Shown: positions 8,526-20,973 of the stretch, piece by piece
Layout of the letters: each line of letters begins with the position of its first letter
Position numbering within the stretch: position 1 is the stretch's first letter
NCBI GenBank assembly: GCA_030588705.1
Contig: JAUUXD010000001.1
Span: 1 to 56,856 of the forward strand
DNA from: a bacterium
Lineage (GTDB): Bacteria > Babelota > Babeliae > Babelales > Vermiphilaceae
Reading direction: 5' to 3'
DNA: 56,856 nucleotides
Program-made: the position numbers and the translations under genes
Notes under the pieces: model-generated
What the model was told of the DNA's origin: nothing
The model's database searches: none
The model's input: the letters and a program-made list of their open reading frames with translations, nothing else

Positions 8526-8537
8526 AAGGAGTTTGGC

Positions 8538-10487
8538 ATGAAAACGCTTTCATGGATTATGGCATCTTTACTATTAAGCAACGCCCTATACGCAGAAGAT
8601 ACAAAACCGGTTGATGAACATGGCCAGATTGATTTCAATGCCATGATAGAACAAGCAGATACACTCATCACACAAGAACTCAGCCTTGAACAGCTTTTTC
8701 ATATAGGAAATACCGCTCTCAATGAAGGCAAGATTGATGATGCCATTGATTATTTCACCCGAGGTACCAAGAAAGAACAATCATCCCCTCAACTCTGGTT
8801 TAATCTTGGCGTCGCCTACGAACGAAAAGGAGATATCGATAACGCCATTGAAGCGTATAAAGATGCAATCCTCCTCAGGCTTGATTACATAAAGGCACAT
8901 CAGCAACTTGCTCCGTTATTGCAACGAAAAGGGAACATTGAGGAAGCAACGGTTCATTTCCAACACGCGGCCAATTTGGATCACAATCTCGTTGATGCGA
9001 GTTTAACCGCCGCCCGCCTCCTGTGTCAGCAAGAACGCTTTCCCGAATCATTACCTTATTTTGATCGCACATTAAAAGCACGTCCGGATGACGTGGTGCT
9101 TACGTTTGAATACGCAAACACGCTAACAACGTGCAATCACAATGAGCAGGCCCTTACATTATACCTTGAGCTACTAAAGACAAGGCCAAACGACGCAATG
9201 ATACTCTACAATACTGCTTTCACGCTCAAAAAACTGGGGCGCATCACTGAGGCAATGCCCTACTATCAAGCAGCCCTTGCTCGCAATCCAAACCATACTG
9301 AAGCACATTTTAGCCTCGGCCTTGCGTACCTGGCCATCGGTGATTTCAAACGAGGATGGCCAGAGTATGAATATCGCTGGAAGCGGAATACACAACTTTC
9401 TCCTCGCAATTTTTCAAAACCACAATGGGATGGATCACCACTGGTAGGAAAAACATTACTCATTCATGCAGAACAAGGCCTTGGGGACACGTTCCAATTT
9501 ATTCGCTATGTACGCGAGGTAAAGGAACAATACAACACCACCATCATATTTGCTGCACAACGACCACTGCACACCATCATCTCTCGCTGTTGCCCCTACA
9601 TCGATCGCGTAGTCACCCTTTCGGATATCCCTACCTCGTTTGATGTTCATATCCCACTCATGAGTTTGCCTCTTCTATTCAAAACGGAAGAAAAAACGAT
9701 TCCCACACGTATTCCCTACATTTTCCCCGATGACGGACTCGTAGAACATTGGAAACAGGTATTAGCTCACGACAATAATCTTAAAGTGGGGATCTGCTTC
9801 CAAGGAAACAGTAAATATAGTACCGCCGTTTTACGAGCAGCAGTTGCTTCCAAATCATTATCGGTACATAAATTGGCACCACTATCAGAACTGGAAGGAA
9901 TAAGCATCTATTGTCTCCAAAAAGAGACCGGAACCGATCAGCTTAAGCGCATCTCTCCTCGTTTTAATCTTCATCGTTTTGATGATACGTTTGATACCAC
10001 TAATGGCAGATTTATGGATACCGCTGCCGTCATCAAAAATCTTGATCTGGTGATTACGGTGGATACATCTATTGCGCACCTTGCAGGAGCCATTGGCACG
10101 CCAACCTGGATCATCTTACCAGAACCTGCTGACTGGCGATGGATGCTCAAACGTTCCGATACTCCTTGGTATCCAAAAAATGTGCGCCTCTTTCGACAAC
10201 CAAAAACCGGTGATTGGAACTCCGTCATCCAAACGGTAAAAGAAGAACTACAAATCTTTCTGAACAATAAAGATAGTGAAATTCACCGTGAACCGGTTAC
10301 CACAACAAACACACCGGCACCCACCCAGCATAGTGATCCCTTCAAAGCTTTGCTCAAGCTTCGAGCAGAAGCCATAAAAGATATCGATCCTAATGACACC
10401 GAAGCATTTCTACACGAATTGAAAAAAGCACATCAACTATATAAAGTGCACAAACTCATGCAAGAGATGATTCAGGATATCGCATGA
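8538..10487 (+). CDS. TPR-repeat protein fused to a GT9-like domain, paralog 2 of 3, with Sec-like leader and C-terminal helical extension
   Basis: 649 aa. The leader is MKTLSWIMASLLLSNALYA and the TPR region is longer than in paralog 1. Motifs are HAEQGLGDTFQFIRY, KVGICFQG, FMDTAAVIKNLDLVITVDTSIAHLAGAI and DWRWM..R.DTPWYP. Confidence 0.75.
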   Translation: MKTLSWIMASLLLSNALYAEDTKPVDEHGQIDFNAMIEQADTLITQELSLEQLFHIGNTALNEGKIDDAIDYFTRGTKKEQSSPQLWFNLGVAYERKGDIDNAIEAYKDAILLRLDYIKAHQQLAPLLQRKGNIEEATVHFQHAANLDHNLVDASLTAARLLCQQERFPESLPYFDRTLKARPDDVVLTFEYANTLTTCNHNEQALTLYLELLKTRPNDAMILYNTAFTLKKLGRITEAMPYYQAALARNPNHTEAHFSLGLAYLAIGDFKRGWPEYEYRWKRNTQLSPRNFSKPQWDGSPLVGKTLLIHAEQGLGDTFQFIRYVREVKEQYNTTIIFAAQRPLHTIISRCCPYIDRVVTLSDIPTSFDVHIPLMSLPLLFKTEEKTIPTRIPYIFPDDGLVEHWKQVLAHDNNLKVGICFQGNSKYSTAVLRAAVASKSLSVHKLAPLSELEGISIYCLQKETGTDQLKRISPRFNLHRFDDTFDTTNGRFMDTAAVIKNLDLVITVDTSIAHLAGAIGTPTWIILPEPADWRWMLKRSDTPWYPKNVRLFRQPKTGDWNSVIQTVKEELQIFLNNKDSEIHREPVTTTNTPAPTQHSDPFKALLKLRAEAIKDIDPNDTEAFLHELKKAHQLYKVHKLMQEMIQDIA

Positions 10488-11875
10488 AAATAGGAGCATT
10501 TGTCCTACTTACCCTTCTGGTCACATCAGTTGGTGCCCAAACCTCTTTTGAACAAAAACAACTTGAAGAGGAGTTTGAACCCCTTCTTGCCAAAAATCCT
10601 ACTGATGCAAAAGCGTATTTCGACTATGGACGCGCTCTGGCTAATCTTGATGAGGAAAAAAACTACGAAAAATCTATTGCACTCATGAGTCGTTCGGTGC
10701 GGATTGAAGAAGATTTCAATAGGCTGTTCTCACTAGGAACCCTCTGTTGCCGTGTGGGCAAATTTAAAGAGTCTCTTGCCGCATATCAACAAATCCTTGA
10801 AAAACGGCCGTCACTGATTCCAGTCCTTTATAATAGCGGCTACACACTCAAACTAGCCGGCGAGCTCGATCTTGCAATTGAACTGTATAAACAAATAATC
10901 GCAATTCAACCAACCTATGAACCGGCACATTTAAGCCTCGCATTCTCATACATCCAACAGGGCGATTTTGAACGTGGCTGGAAAGAACATGAATGGAATT
11001 TAAAAAAACAGGGGAAGTATGCCGAATCGTTACGAGAGCTGCTACGCAATAATACCCTACCAGGCAAAACCATATTACTCGTACCAGAGGGGGGCATAGG
11101 AGACACTATACATTTCCTCCGCTATGCCCAACGACTCCATGATCAAGGAGCCTACGTCGCGGTAGCGGTTCAACCATCACTGGTACACCTTCTTGCACGC
11201 TGCCACTATATCGATCTTCTCATTCCATTGCGCAGCCCCACCCCACGTCACGACGCATCCGCCACGTTAATGAGTTTGCCCGCTATTTTTTCCGATACTG
11301 AAAAAACAATACCGCGCACCATTCCCTACATTTTTCCCGATCCTGCCCGCGTGCAACATTGGCATGAACAGCTTGCACAGGACACCAATTTCAAAATTGG
11401 CATCTGCTGGCAACCGGACGTCCATAATGATGTATCTCGTTTGCCCATCGCTCGACGCGGCATTCCCCTTTCTCTGTTTTACAAGCTGGGATCCACTCCA
11501 GGAGTTAGCCTCTATAGCCTACAAAAAAAAGAAGGTTTGGATCAGTTACGCACTGTTCCTTCTTCAGTTAATCTTCATGTTTTTGACGAAGCATTTGATG
11601 AGGAACATGGTAGTTTTGTGGACACAGCAGCAGTTATCCAGGAAATGGATCTGATTATTAGTGCCGATACCGCCACCGCCCATATTGCGGGCGCATTAGG
11701 GAAAAAAGTTTGGCTACTATTGCCCTATGTCACCGATTGGCGATGGCTACATAATCGAACTGATTCACCGTGGTATCCCACCATGCGCATATTTAAACAA
11801 CCCCATCCATTCGATTGGCAAACAATAATGGATGAGCTCTACACCGTTTTTGTAAAGGAACTACACAAAAAATAG
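10484..11875 (+). CDS. TPR-repeat protein fused to a GT9-like domain, paralog 3 of 3, with Sec-like leader
   Basis: 463 aa. The start overlaps the stop of paralog 2 by 4 nt (ATGA). The leader is MKIGAFVLLTLLVTSVGAQ. Motifs are PEGGIGDTIHFLRY, KIGICWQP, FVDTAAVIQEMDLIISADTATAHIAGAL and DWRWL..R.DSPWYP. Confidence 0.75.
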   Translation: MKIGAFVLLTLLVTSVGAQTSFEQKQLEEEFEPLLAKNPTDAKAYFDYGRALANLDEEKNYEKSIALMSRSVRIEEDFNRLFSLGTLCCRVGKFKESLAAYQQILEKRPSLIPVLYNSGYTLKLAGELDLAIELYKQIIAIQPTYEPAHLSLAFSYIQQGDFERGWKEHEWNLKKQGKYAESLRELLRNNTLPGKTILLVPEGGIGDTIHFLRYAQRLHDQGAYVAVAVQPSLVHLLARCHYIDLLIPLRSPTPRHDASATLMSLPAIFSDTEKTIPRTIPYIFPDPARVQHWHEQLAQDTNFKIGICWQPDVHNDVSRLPIARRGIPLSLFYKLGSTPGVSLYSLQKKEGLDQLRTVPSSVNLHVFDEAFDEEHGSFVDTAAVIQEMDLIISADTATAHIAGALGKKVWLLLPYVTDWRWLHNRTDSPWYPTMRIFKQPHPFDWQTIMDELYTVFVKELHKK

Positions 11876-11896
11876 TTACTAAAAAAAGGAGTAATT

Positions 11897-12355
11897 TTGA
11901 ACTATTATCACCCCGCCGCACTCTCCCTACTCATGTTCGGAATGCATAGTTATGGAGAGATAGAACCTGCATTGGTTCGTGTACCGATCTCCACCGGAGA
12001 ACTGTTTGATAAAATTACCATTTTAGAAATAAAAATTAGACGGGTTGCAGATGCACAAAAACGAGACAACGTCCTCAATGAATGGCATGAACTTACTGAT
12101 ACACTGGAACAACATATCAGCATGAATCATGAACTTACTCAATTAAAAAAAGAACTGTTGTTCATTAACGAACAGTTGTGGGATATCGAAGACAGCATTC
12201 GTGCCAAAGAAGCTCAACACCTTTTTGATGAAGAATTTATTGAACTGGCACGCAGCGTATATTACACCAATGAGCAACGCAGCGTATTGAAACGTAAAAT
12301 TAATATACTCACCGGCTCTACGCTCATCGAAGAAAAAGAGTATACGAAATATTGA
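11897..12355 (+). CDS. Small helical protein of unknown function, last gene of the TPR-GT9 cluster
   Basis: 152 aa with a TTG start 5 nt after an AAGGAG SD. It carries the motif STGELFDKITILEIK followed by coiled-coil-like sequence. I vaguely recall similar small proteins next to TPR/GT9 genes (possibly a DUF family), but this is unverified. Confidence 0.5.
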   Translation: MNYYHPAALSLLMFGMHSYGEIEPALVRVPISTGELFDKITILEIKIRRVADAQKRDNVLNEWHELTDTLEQHISMNHELTQLKKELLFINEQLWDIEDSIRAKEAQHLFDEEFIELARSVYYTNEQRSVLKRKINILTGSTLIEEKEYTKY

Positions 12356-12417
12356 ATAATTCCCCCTTCCCGCTACACTAGAACGAACAGAATCTTCTTC
12401 AACTCTAGGTGAGCAGT

Positions 12418-14655
12418 ATGCAGAACAAATCATCTATTTCGCTCAACGCACAACAAAAAGAAGCCGTTACCCACACGAAGGGTTCGCTGCTCGTGATCGC
12501 TGGAGCTGGTTCGGGCAAAACGCGTGTAATCACCGCACGCATCACACATCTCATGCTTGAGCATTATATCCCTGCACCCGCTATCGTTGCCCTCACGTTC
12601 ACCAATAAAGCTGCCACTGAAATGAAAGAGCGTATCGCTAAATTTATAGGCACCGATCGAAATCTTCCGTTTGTAGGTACGTTTCATTCCTACTGCCTTC
12701 GGCTGCTCAAAGAGAATGCCCATCTGCTTGATGTTCCTTTTCTTTCAATTCTGGATGGTGACGATCAGAAGAAGATGATTCACAATATTTTAAAACGAGC
12801 CAATTTACATAAGCAGATTGCTGCTCGTCAAGCGGCGTATCACATATCCCAAGTAAAAAATAAAAACATATCTCTTTCAAAACCTTCAGAACAGCTATTT
12901 GATAATCCGCTCATGCCAGACATTTTCGAGGCATACGAAAAAGAAAAAACAGCAAGTAAATGCCTCGACTTTGATGATCTTATTTTAAAAACGGTCGGGC
13001 TGTTCAAAAAAAATAGAGTCTTTAAAAAGGAGTTTCAAGACACCGTATCCCACCTGCTCGTAGATGAGTATCAAGACACCAACGTGGTGCAGCATGAGCT
13101 TTTAAAGCAGATGGCTTTACGCAATAAAAAACTGGCCGTCGATTCCATTTGCGCCGTTGGTGATGAGGATCAATCTATTTACTCCTGGCGCGGGGCACAA
13201 GTAACCAATATTCTCAACTTTCAAAAAGATTTTGGAAAAACCACCATCATAAAAATTGAGCAAAATTATCGATCCGTGCAGCCTATTTTGCACGTTGCCA
13301 ATCATATTATTAAGAAAAACAAGCAGCGCAATCCCAAAAAATTATGGTCGGAACGCAAGGCACAGGATCGGGTGCGCCTATTAACCTGCGTTTCTGAATA
13401 TCAAGAAGCTGATGCAATCACGCATCTCGTCTCAGTACATCGCACCCATCATAAAGACCATCAAATTGCTGTTTTGTATCGCACGCATACCCAATCACGC
13501 GCAATTGAAGAAGCATTTTTGAAACATGCCGTTCCCTATAAAATTGTTGGCGGCATCCAGTTTTATGAGCGAAAAGAGATCAAGGATCTGCTCGCCTATT
13601 TGCGCTTGATAGTCAATCCGTTTGATCGAGCAACCCTCTTTCGGATTCTCAACATTCCGGCGCGGGGATTTGGCACAAAATTTGAAGAACAACTCTATGA
13701 AAGCCTTACCCAGCAACCATTCATGACCTTTTTTGACGGATGCGAACATCTACATGAAACACTGCCCTCTTCCAAGAAACTGGCCATCAAACAGTTTCTG
13801 AAAATATTTGAAGGGATCACCGCACAAACAAAGCCAAGCACCGCGCTTGATCTTATCGTGGGACGCACGGCATACAACGCCTACTTGAAAAAAACATACG
13901 AACCGGAAGACGCACAAACGCGCATCCAGAACGTACAAGAGCTTGGCGCTGCCATGAAACATTTTGAAACACAAAAGGTCGACACTATCGCCCTTTTCCT
14001 TGATGAAGTTACCCTCATGCAGGAAAAACTGGCCGCCACCGATGATGAAGAACAGAAAGTGCTTTTGATGACACTGCATGCTGCCAAAGGACTCGAATTT
14101 GATATTGTGGCACTCATTGGTTTAGAAGAAGGAATTTTGCCCACCTCCCGCGCCCTCTATGATGACGATAATGATAAGGCACTAGAAGAAGAGCGACGCC
14201 TTTTTTATGTGGGAATCACACGAGCCAAGGAGCGACTCCTACTCACTAACGCAAAATTTAGATACACGTATGGACAGATGAGCGATCAACTTCCCTCGCA
14301 ATTTCTTGATGAACTACCAAAGAAGCATATCGCTATGGAGGATTGTAACTACTGGAATGGCGCACGGTTCCGACAATATTTTGCTGATTGGATCGGGCTC
14401 AAACACGATAATCCTCTGTCATCATTCTCCCGCACACAACGGCAGTTTGCCACACTCATCAAAGACAAAATTAAACAATCAAAAACTCGCACCTCCGCGA
14501 ACAGCACCTGGAAGAAAAGTCAACCGGTCAAGCATAAAATATACGGTATGGGATTGATTCAAAAGGTGGAGAAAAAATCGAGCAACACCGTGGTAACCGT
14601 TAAATTCAAAAGCGGCACGAAGAAAATTGTTTCACGCTTTTTGACGACTCTTTAG
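12418..14655 (+). CDS. uvrD: UvrD/PcrA-type superfamily 1 DNA helicase
   Basis: Motifs AGAGSGKT, DEYQDTN, QNYRS, TLHAAKGLEF and VGITRAKE are present. The ATG at 12418 follows an AGGTGA SD (the track start at 12409 is GTG). Confidence 0.9.
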   Translation: MQNKSSISLNAQQKEAVTHTKGSLLVIAGAGSGKTRVITARITHLMLEHYIPAPAIVALTFTNKAATEMKERIAKFIGTDRNLPFVGTFHSYCLRLLKENAHLLDVPFLSILDGDDQKKMIHNILKRANLHKQIAARQAAYHISQVKNKNISLSKPSEQLFDNPLMPDIFEAYEKEKTASKCLDFDDLILKTVGLFKKNRVFKKEFQDTVSHLLVDEYQDTNVVQHELLKQMALRNKKLAVDSICAVGDEDQSIYSWRGAQVTNILNFQKDFGKTTIIKIEQNYRSVQPILHVANHIIKKNKQRNPKKLWSERKAQDRVRLLTCVSEYQEADAITHLVSVHRTHHKDHQIAVLYRTHTQSRAIEEAFLKHAVPYKIVGGIQFYERKEIKDLLAYLRLIVNPFDRATLFRILNIPARGFGTKFEEQLYESLTQQPFMTFFDGCEHLHETLPSSKKLAIKQFLKIFEGITAQTKPSTALDLIVGRTAYNAYLKKTYEPEDAQTRIQNVQELGAAMKHFETQKVDTIALFLDEVTLMQEKLAATDDEEQKVLLMTLHAAKGLEFDIVALIGLEEGILPTSRALYDDDNDKALEEERRLFYVGITRAKERLLLTNAKFRYTYGQMSDQLPSQFLDELPKKHIAMEDCNYWNGARFRQYFADWIGLKHDNPLSSFSRTQRQFATLIKDKIKQSKTRTSANSTWKKSQPVKHKIYGMGLIQKVEKKSSNTVVTVKFKSGTKKIVSRFLTTL

Positions 14656-15269
14656 TCTGAAACCTTTTTCGAAAGATTCAACGGAGCAGCAAACGCCTTA
14701 TTTTTGAAAAGCAGCTTATTCGGATTGCGCATCATCGCTTCAATATCTGCATCCTCATTCAAGATAATACCCTCTCCAATCACCTTTCCATTCGGAAGTT
14801 TCACCCCATTGCCTGGCGTGATGAAATACCCTTTTTTCGTGCGCACCACCATATACTCTTTCCCTTGCACACTTGGATTGTCATCCACGTAGGGTCCCTG
14901 CCATTTATCGGCATACTTCAAATTCATCGGCCCCAGTTCAGAGCTTTTGAAGGTTCCCACGTTCAAAAAATTAATTGGGTTCTGCTGATAATCAAAACTG
15001 ATGATCCCACATTGTTTGTTAATATCATCAAAGATCGTCACCAGCTTTTGCACGTCATCAGAAATTACCTCGGTCGTGAGCGACTTAGATCGATACATAA
15101 AACTAAATATAACGGTGAAAATTATCACCGCAATTCCCACTCCAATACCCAATCCGAGGAATAACTTTTTGTTACGCATTGTTTCTCCCATGTTTTTTAC
15201 TTTTTTCGTATACAGATCATAGCGTTCCTGTGGAGATAGATGCAATGTTTCATTCATGACAAGAAACAA
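14652..15269 (-). CDS. Hypothetical membrane-anchored protein
   Basis: It has a single N-terminal TM segment (LFLGLGIGVGIAVIIFTVIFSF), and the start codon is uncertain. The C-terminal W-QGPYV...GKEYMVV...GYFITPGNG is faintly reminiscent of GspG-type pseudopilins, but there is no prepilin G-F-T-L-E motif. The 3' end overlaps the uvrD stop by 4 nt (convergent). Confidence 0.5.
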   Translation of the reverse strand: MFLVMNETLHLSPQERYDLYTKKVKNMGETMRNKKLFLGLGIGVGIAVIIFTVIFSFMYRSKSLTTEVISDDVQKLVTIFDDINKQCGIISFDYQQNPINFLNVGTFKSSELGPMNLKYADKWQGPYVDDNPSVQGKEYMVVRTKKGYFITPGNGVKLPNGKVIGEGIILNEDADIEAMMRNPNKLLFKNKAFAAPLNLSKKVSD

Positions 15270-15448
15270 AAGGGCTCTTGTACGTATCCCCGTTGAACCA
15301 AACCCGTTTTATTACGCACCTCCCCTCACACATTTCTCATAGAATTTTCACTGCTCGTGACACTCGTGCTATCTTGCACAGTATGTAACAATTATGGGAT
15401 ATGGGCTTGTCGAAAAATCATCGACAGGCTCCATGCGGGGACAAAAAC

Positions 15449-18366
<2,918 letters not shown>

Positions 18367-18455
18367 TTAAAGAAATAAGAAATGCCCAATGCCATTGCAG
18401 ATAGGCCATTCTTACTGTACCCTCATACTATATCTCTTAGCATGAAAGGAGCCCT

Positions 18456-19292
18456 ATGAGCTTGTATGCATATCTTATGAACCAAATTATCTTTCTTACA
18501 TGGCGTGACGCCATTGAAATACTGTTCTTTTCCACCGCTTTTTATTATTTGATCATGTGGTTAAAAAGAGATCGAGAAAAACGATTGCTTCCCTATTTTT
18601 ATGGATACTGCGCGCTCACCTTTACCGCACACGCACTCCATCTTTCCACTATCACGTACTGCCTCTTTCTCTTTTCTCCCGCTATCATCATGCTATTTAT
18701 GTTCATGCACCAAGATACACTCCAACGCAATATGATCGCGCTCAAAAATATCACCTCCACCGCAACTATTCCCCAAGATTGGCTTTCATGCATTATGCGC
18801 AATTCGTTAAAAGCATTACATGATAATAAAAGTCTTCTCATACTTATTGAACACAGCGATGCACTTTCTGGCTTTCTCAAAACACAATACCGCATCAACA
18901 GTCTCGTTACTGATGACACACTCAACTTGTTCACCGAAAATGGCCTGTGTGACGCTCAACAAATGTTGTGGATAAAAACTGATGGCACCGTACAAGGTAT
19001 TCGAGCTTCCTGGAAAGCAAGTTGGCATCCAAATTCCTACACTGATACCAACGAATGGGTTGATGATGCCATTGCCTATACCACTAAAACTGATTCGCTC
19101 ATTATGAAAAGTAACGCAAAAACCCAATCATACACTCTTGCCTTCAATGGCACCGTTACACATGATCTTACCGTAGAACAAGTAGGACAGATCATCAGAA
19201 AACAAATTAACCAACCGACCCCGACCATGGAAAAAGGATTACCTCATGAACAATCCCCCTCCTCAAAAAAATCGACACAGCAATCTCCTTAA
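18456..19292 (+). CDS. CdaA-like (DisA_N) membrane protein with degenerate diadenylate cyclase motifs
   Basis: It has three N-terminal TM segments arranged as in CdaA. The cytoplasmic domain is alignable to CdaA, but DGA is DGT and the GTRHRAA position reads TNEWVDDA. It lies upstream of ybbR-like and glmM genes. Confidence 0.6.
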   Translation: MSLYAYLMNQIIFLTWRDAIEILFFSTAFYYLIMWLKRDREKRLLPYFYGYCALTFTAHALHLSTITYCLFLFSPAIIMLFMFMHQDTLQRNMIALKNITSTATIPQDWLSCIMRNSLKALHDNKSLLILIEHSDALSGFLKTQYRINSLVTDDTLNLFTENGLCDAQQMLWIKTDGTVQGIRASWKASWHPNSYTDTNEWVDDAIAYTTKTDSLIMKSNAKTQSYTLAFNGTVTHDLTVEQVGQIIRKQINQPTPTMEKGLPHEQSPSSKKSTQQSP

Positions 19293-19644
19293 AGGCATTG
19301 CACTCGTTATCGGATACACCTTTTGGTATATTTTTGGTGGTTCCCATGCCAGCGTGGTAACCCTTTCAGTACCACTCTGCTTTTACAATATGCCAGCCAG
19401 TACCCACATCGTTGATGCTCCTGAATCGATCTCAATCACGCTTACCGGTAAACGTGCTGATATCCGCGCATTACATCAGGAACATCTTGCGGTTCATCTC
19501 GATGCGTCTTGTTTACGCAACGGAAAGCAACCGATAACGATCACCGAAAGAGAGCTCATGCTCCCAACAACAACCGGTATCAAGCTCGTCCAACATTCTC
19601 CCTCAAATCCCACCGTAGAACTATCAACACACGAGACAAGTTAG
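19246..19644 (+). CDS. YbbR/CdaR-like single-domain protein
   Basis: 132 aa with an N-terminal TM segment (LLKGIALVIGYTFWYIF) and one YbbR-like repeat (VPLCFYN...ESISITLTGKRADIRAL...LDASCLRNGKQPITI). It sits between the cdaA-like gene and glmM and overlaps the upstream ORF by 47 nt. Confidence 0.5.
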   Translation: MNNPPPQKNRHSNLLKGIALVIGYTFWYIFGGSHASVVTLSVPLCFYNMPASTHIVDAPESISITLTGKRADIRALHQEHLAVHLDASCLRNGKQPITITERELMLPTTTGIKLVQHSPSNPTVELSTHETS

Positions 19645-19653
19645 GAAATAAAA

Positions 19654-20973
19654 ATGGGGAATAACCTTTTCGGCACCGATGGCATTCGCACCACCGTGGG
19701 TTCGGGCCCACTTACCCACACCAACATACCCCGCCTTGGGTATGCCATTGCCTGCTGGGCCACAAAAAAATATGGTTCCCCTCTACGCATTATTCTTGCC
19801 CATGATAGCCGAATTTCGGGAGAGTGGATGAGCTCCACACTCATGAGTGGCCTTCTTCTTGCACCCATCACCGTGGAGTATGCTCGCGTGTTGCCTACCC
19901 CTGCTGTGTGCAACCTTTTGCAACAACGAGCAGATCTGCATCTAGGCATTGTTATTTCAGCTTCTCATAACGCCTACCAAGACAACGGTATAAAAATTAT
20001 TGATCGAATAACGGGAAAAACAAGCCAAGAGGACGAAGAAACCATATCAACGTGGTATCACGAACAAACATTCCCTTCCTACCGTGAATTTGGCGCACTA
20101 AACTTGTATGAAAATGCTCATCAAGAATATATACGGGATGTAAGCAATAGGTTTCCTTCCGATCTCCTTGCTCACAAAAAAGTGATCCTCGATTGCGCCC
20201 ACGGGGCCACCTCATTCGTGGCACCAGCACTATTTCGCGCAGTAGGAGCAGAAGTGATTGCTATACACAACACACCCAACGGCACCAACATCAACGATCA
20301 GTGCGGTGCTCTTCACGTAAACAAATTACAGAACCTCATGCTCAAAGAACATGCCGATATTGGGTTTGCCTTTGATGGCGACGGGGATCGAGTAATGGCC
20401 ATTACCAAACAAGGAACCGTAAAAAATGGGGATGATATGCTTGCGCTTTTAACTGGCCATCCCGCGTATCAGCAAGAGAAAACAATAGTCGGCACTATTA
20501 TGAGCAATCATGGCCTCGATCTCTTTTTGCGCACTCAGGAGAAACAGCTCGTGCGCACACCGGTAGGAGATAAATATATTGCTGACTACCTGCAACAGCA
20601 CAATGGCCTTCTTGGCGGAGAACAGTCGGGCCACATTATTTTGAACGATTATTTGCCCACCGCCGATAGTATCGTAACCGCATTTCGCATCATCGAAATA
20701 ATCAGCCAAACGGACAATTGGAATCTTAATACGTTCACTCATTACCCCCAAATACTCGTGAATGTACCCGTTGGCCAAAAAAGGGATCTTCAAGATCCTT
20801 CAATTGCCGCCATTATTGCTGATTATGAGGCACAACTGAATACAGGACGGCTTGTGGTACGGTATTCTGGAACAGAAAATCTACTTCGTGTTATGGTTGA
20901 GGACACGGAACAACAAACCGCTCAACGCATTAGCAGCTCACTCGCCAGCACGTTGCAAAAAGAGTTACCGTAG
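19654..20973 (+). CDS. glmM: Phosphoglucosamine mutase
   Basis: 439 aa. The active-site loop is SASHNAYQDNGIK (the usual Pro after SASHN is Ala here). GFAFDGDGDR and GGEQSGH are also present. Confidence 0.9.
   Translation: MGNNLFGTDGIRTTVGSGPLTHTNIPRLGYAIACWATKKYGSPLRIILAHDSRISGEWMSSTLMSGLLLAPITVEYARVLPTPAVCNLLQQRADLHLGIVISASHNAYQDNGIKIIDRITGKTSQEDEETISTWYHEQTFPSYREFGALNLYENAHQEYIRDVSNRFPSDLLAHKKVILDCAHGATSFVAPALFRAVGAEVIAIHNTPNGTNINDQCGALHVNKLQNLMLKEHADIGFAFDGDGDRVMAITKQGTVKNGDDMLALLTGHPAYQQEKTIVGTIMSNHGLDLFLRTQEKQLVRTPVGDKYIADYLQQHNGLLGGEQSGHIILNDYLPTADSIVTAFRIIEIISQTDNWNLNTFTHYPQILVNVPVGQKRDLQDPSIAAIIADYEAQLNTGRLVVRYSGTENLLRVMVEDTEQQTAQRISSSLASTLQKELP

Noticed and set aside
9738-9748. An 11-nt exact match (tcgtagaacat) between TPR-GT9 paralog 2 and repeat element B.
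   Set aside because: A single 11-mer match between a ~100-nt element and ~114 kb of two-strand sequence is expected by chance, at roughly a few hits. The flanks do not align.
19641-19949. A 102-aa ORF antisense to the glmM 5' end.
   Set aside because: It is an Arg/Pro-rich shadow ORF opposite a conserved gene, with no start context.
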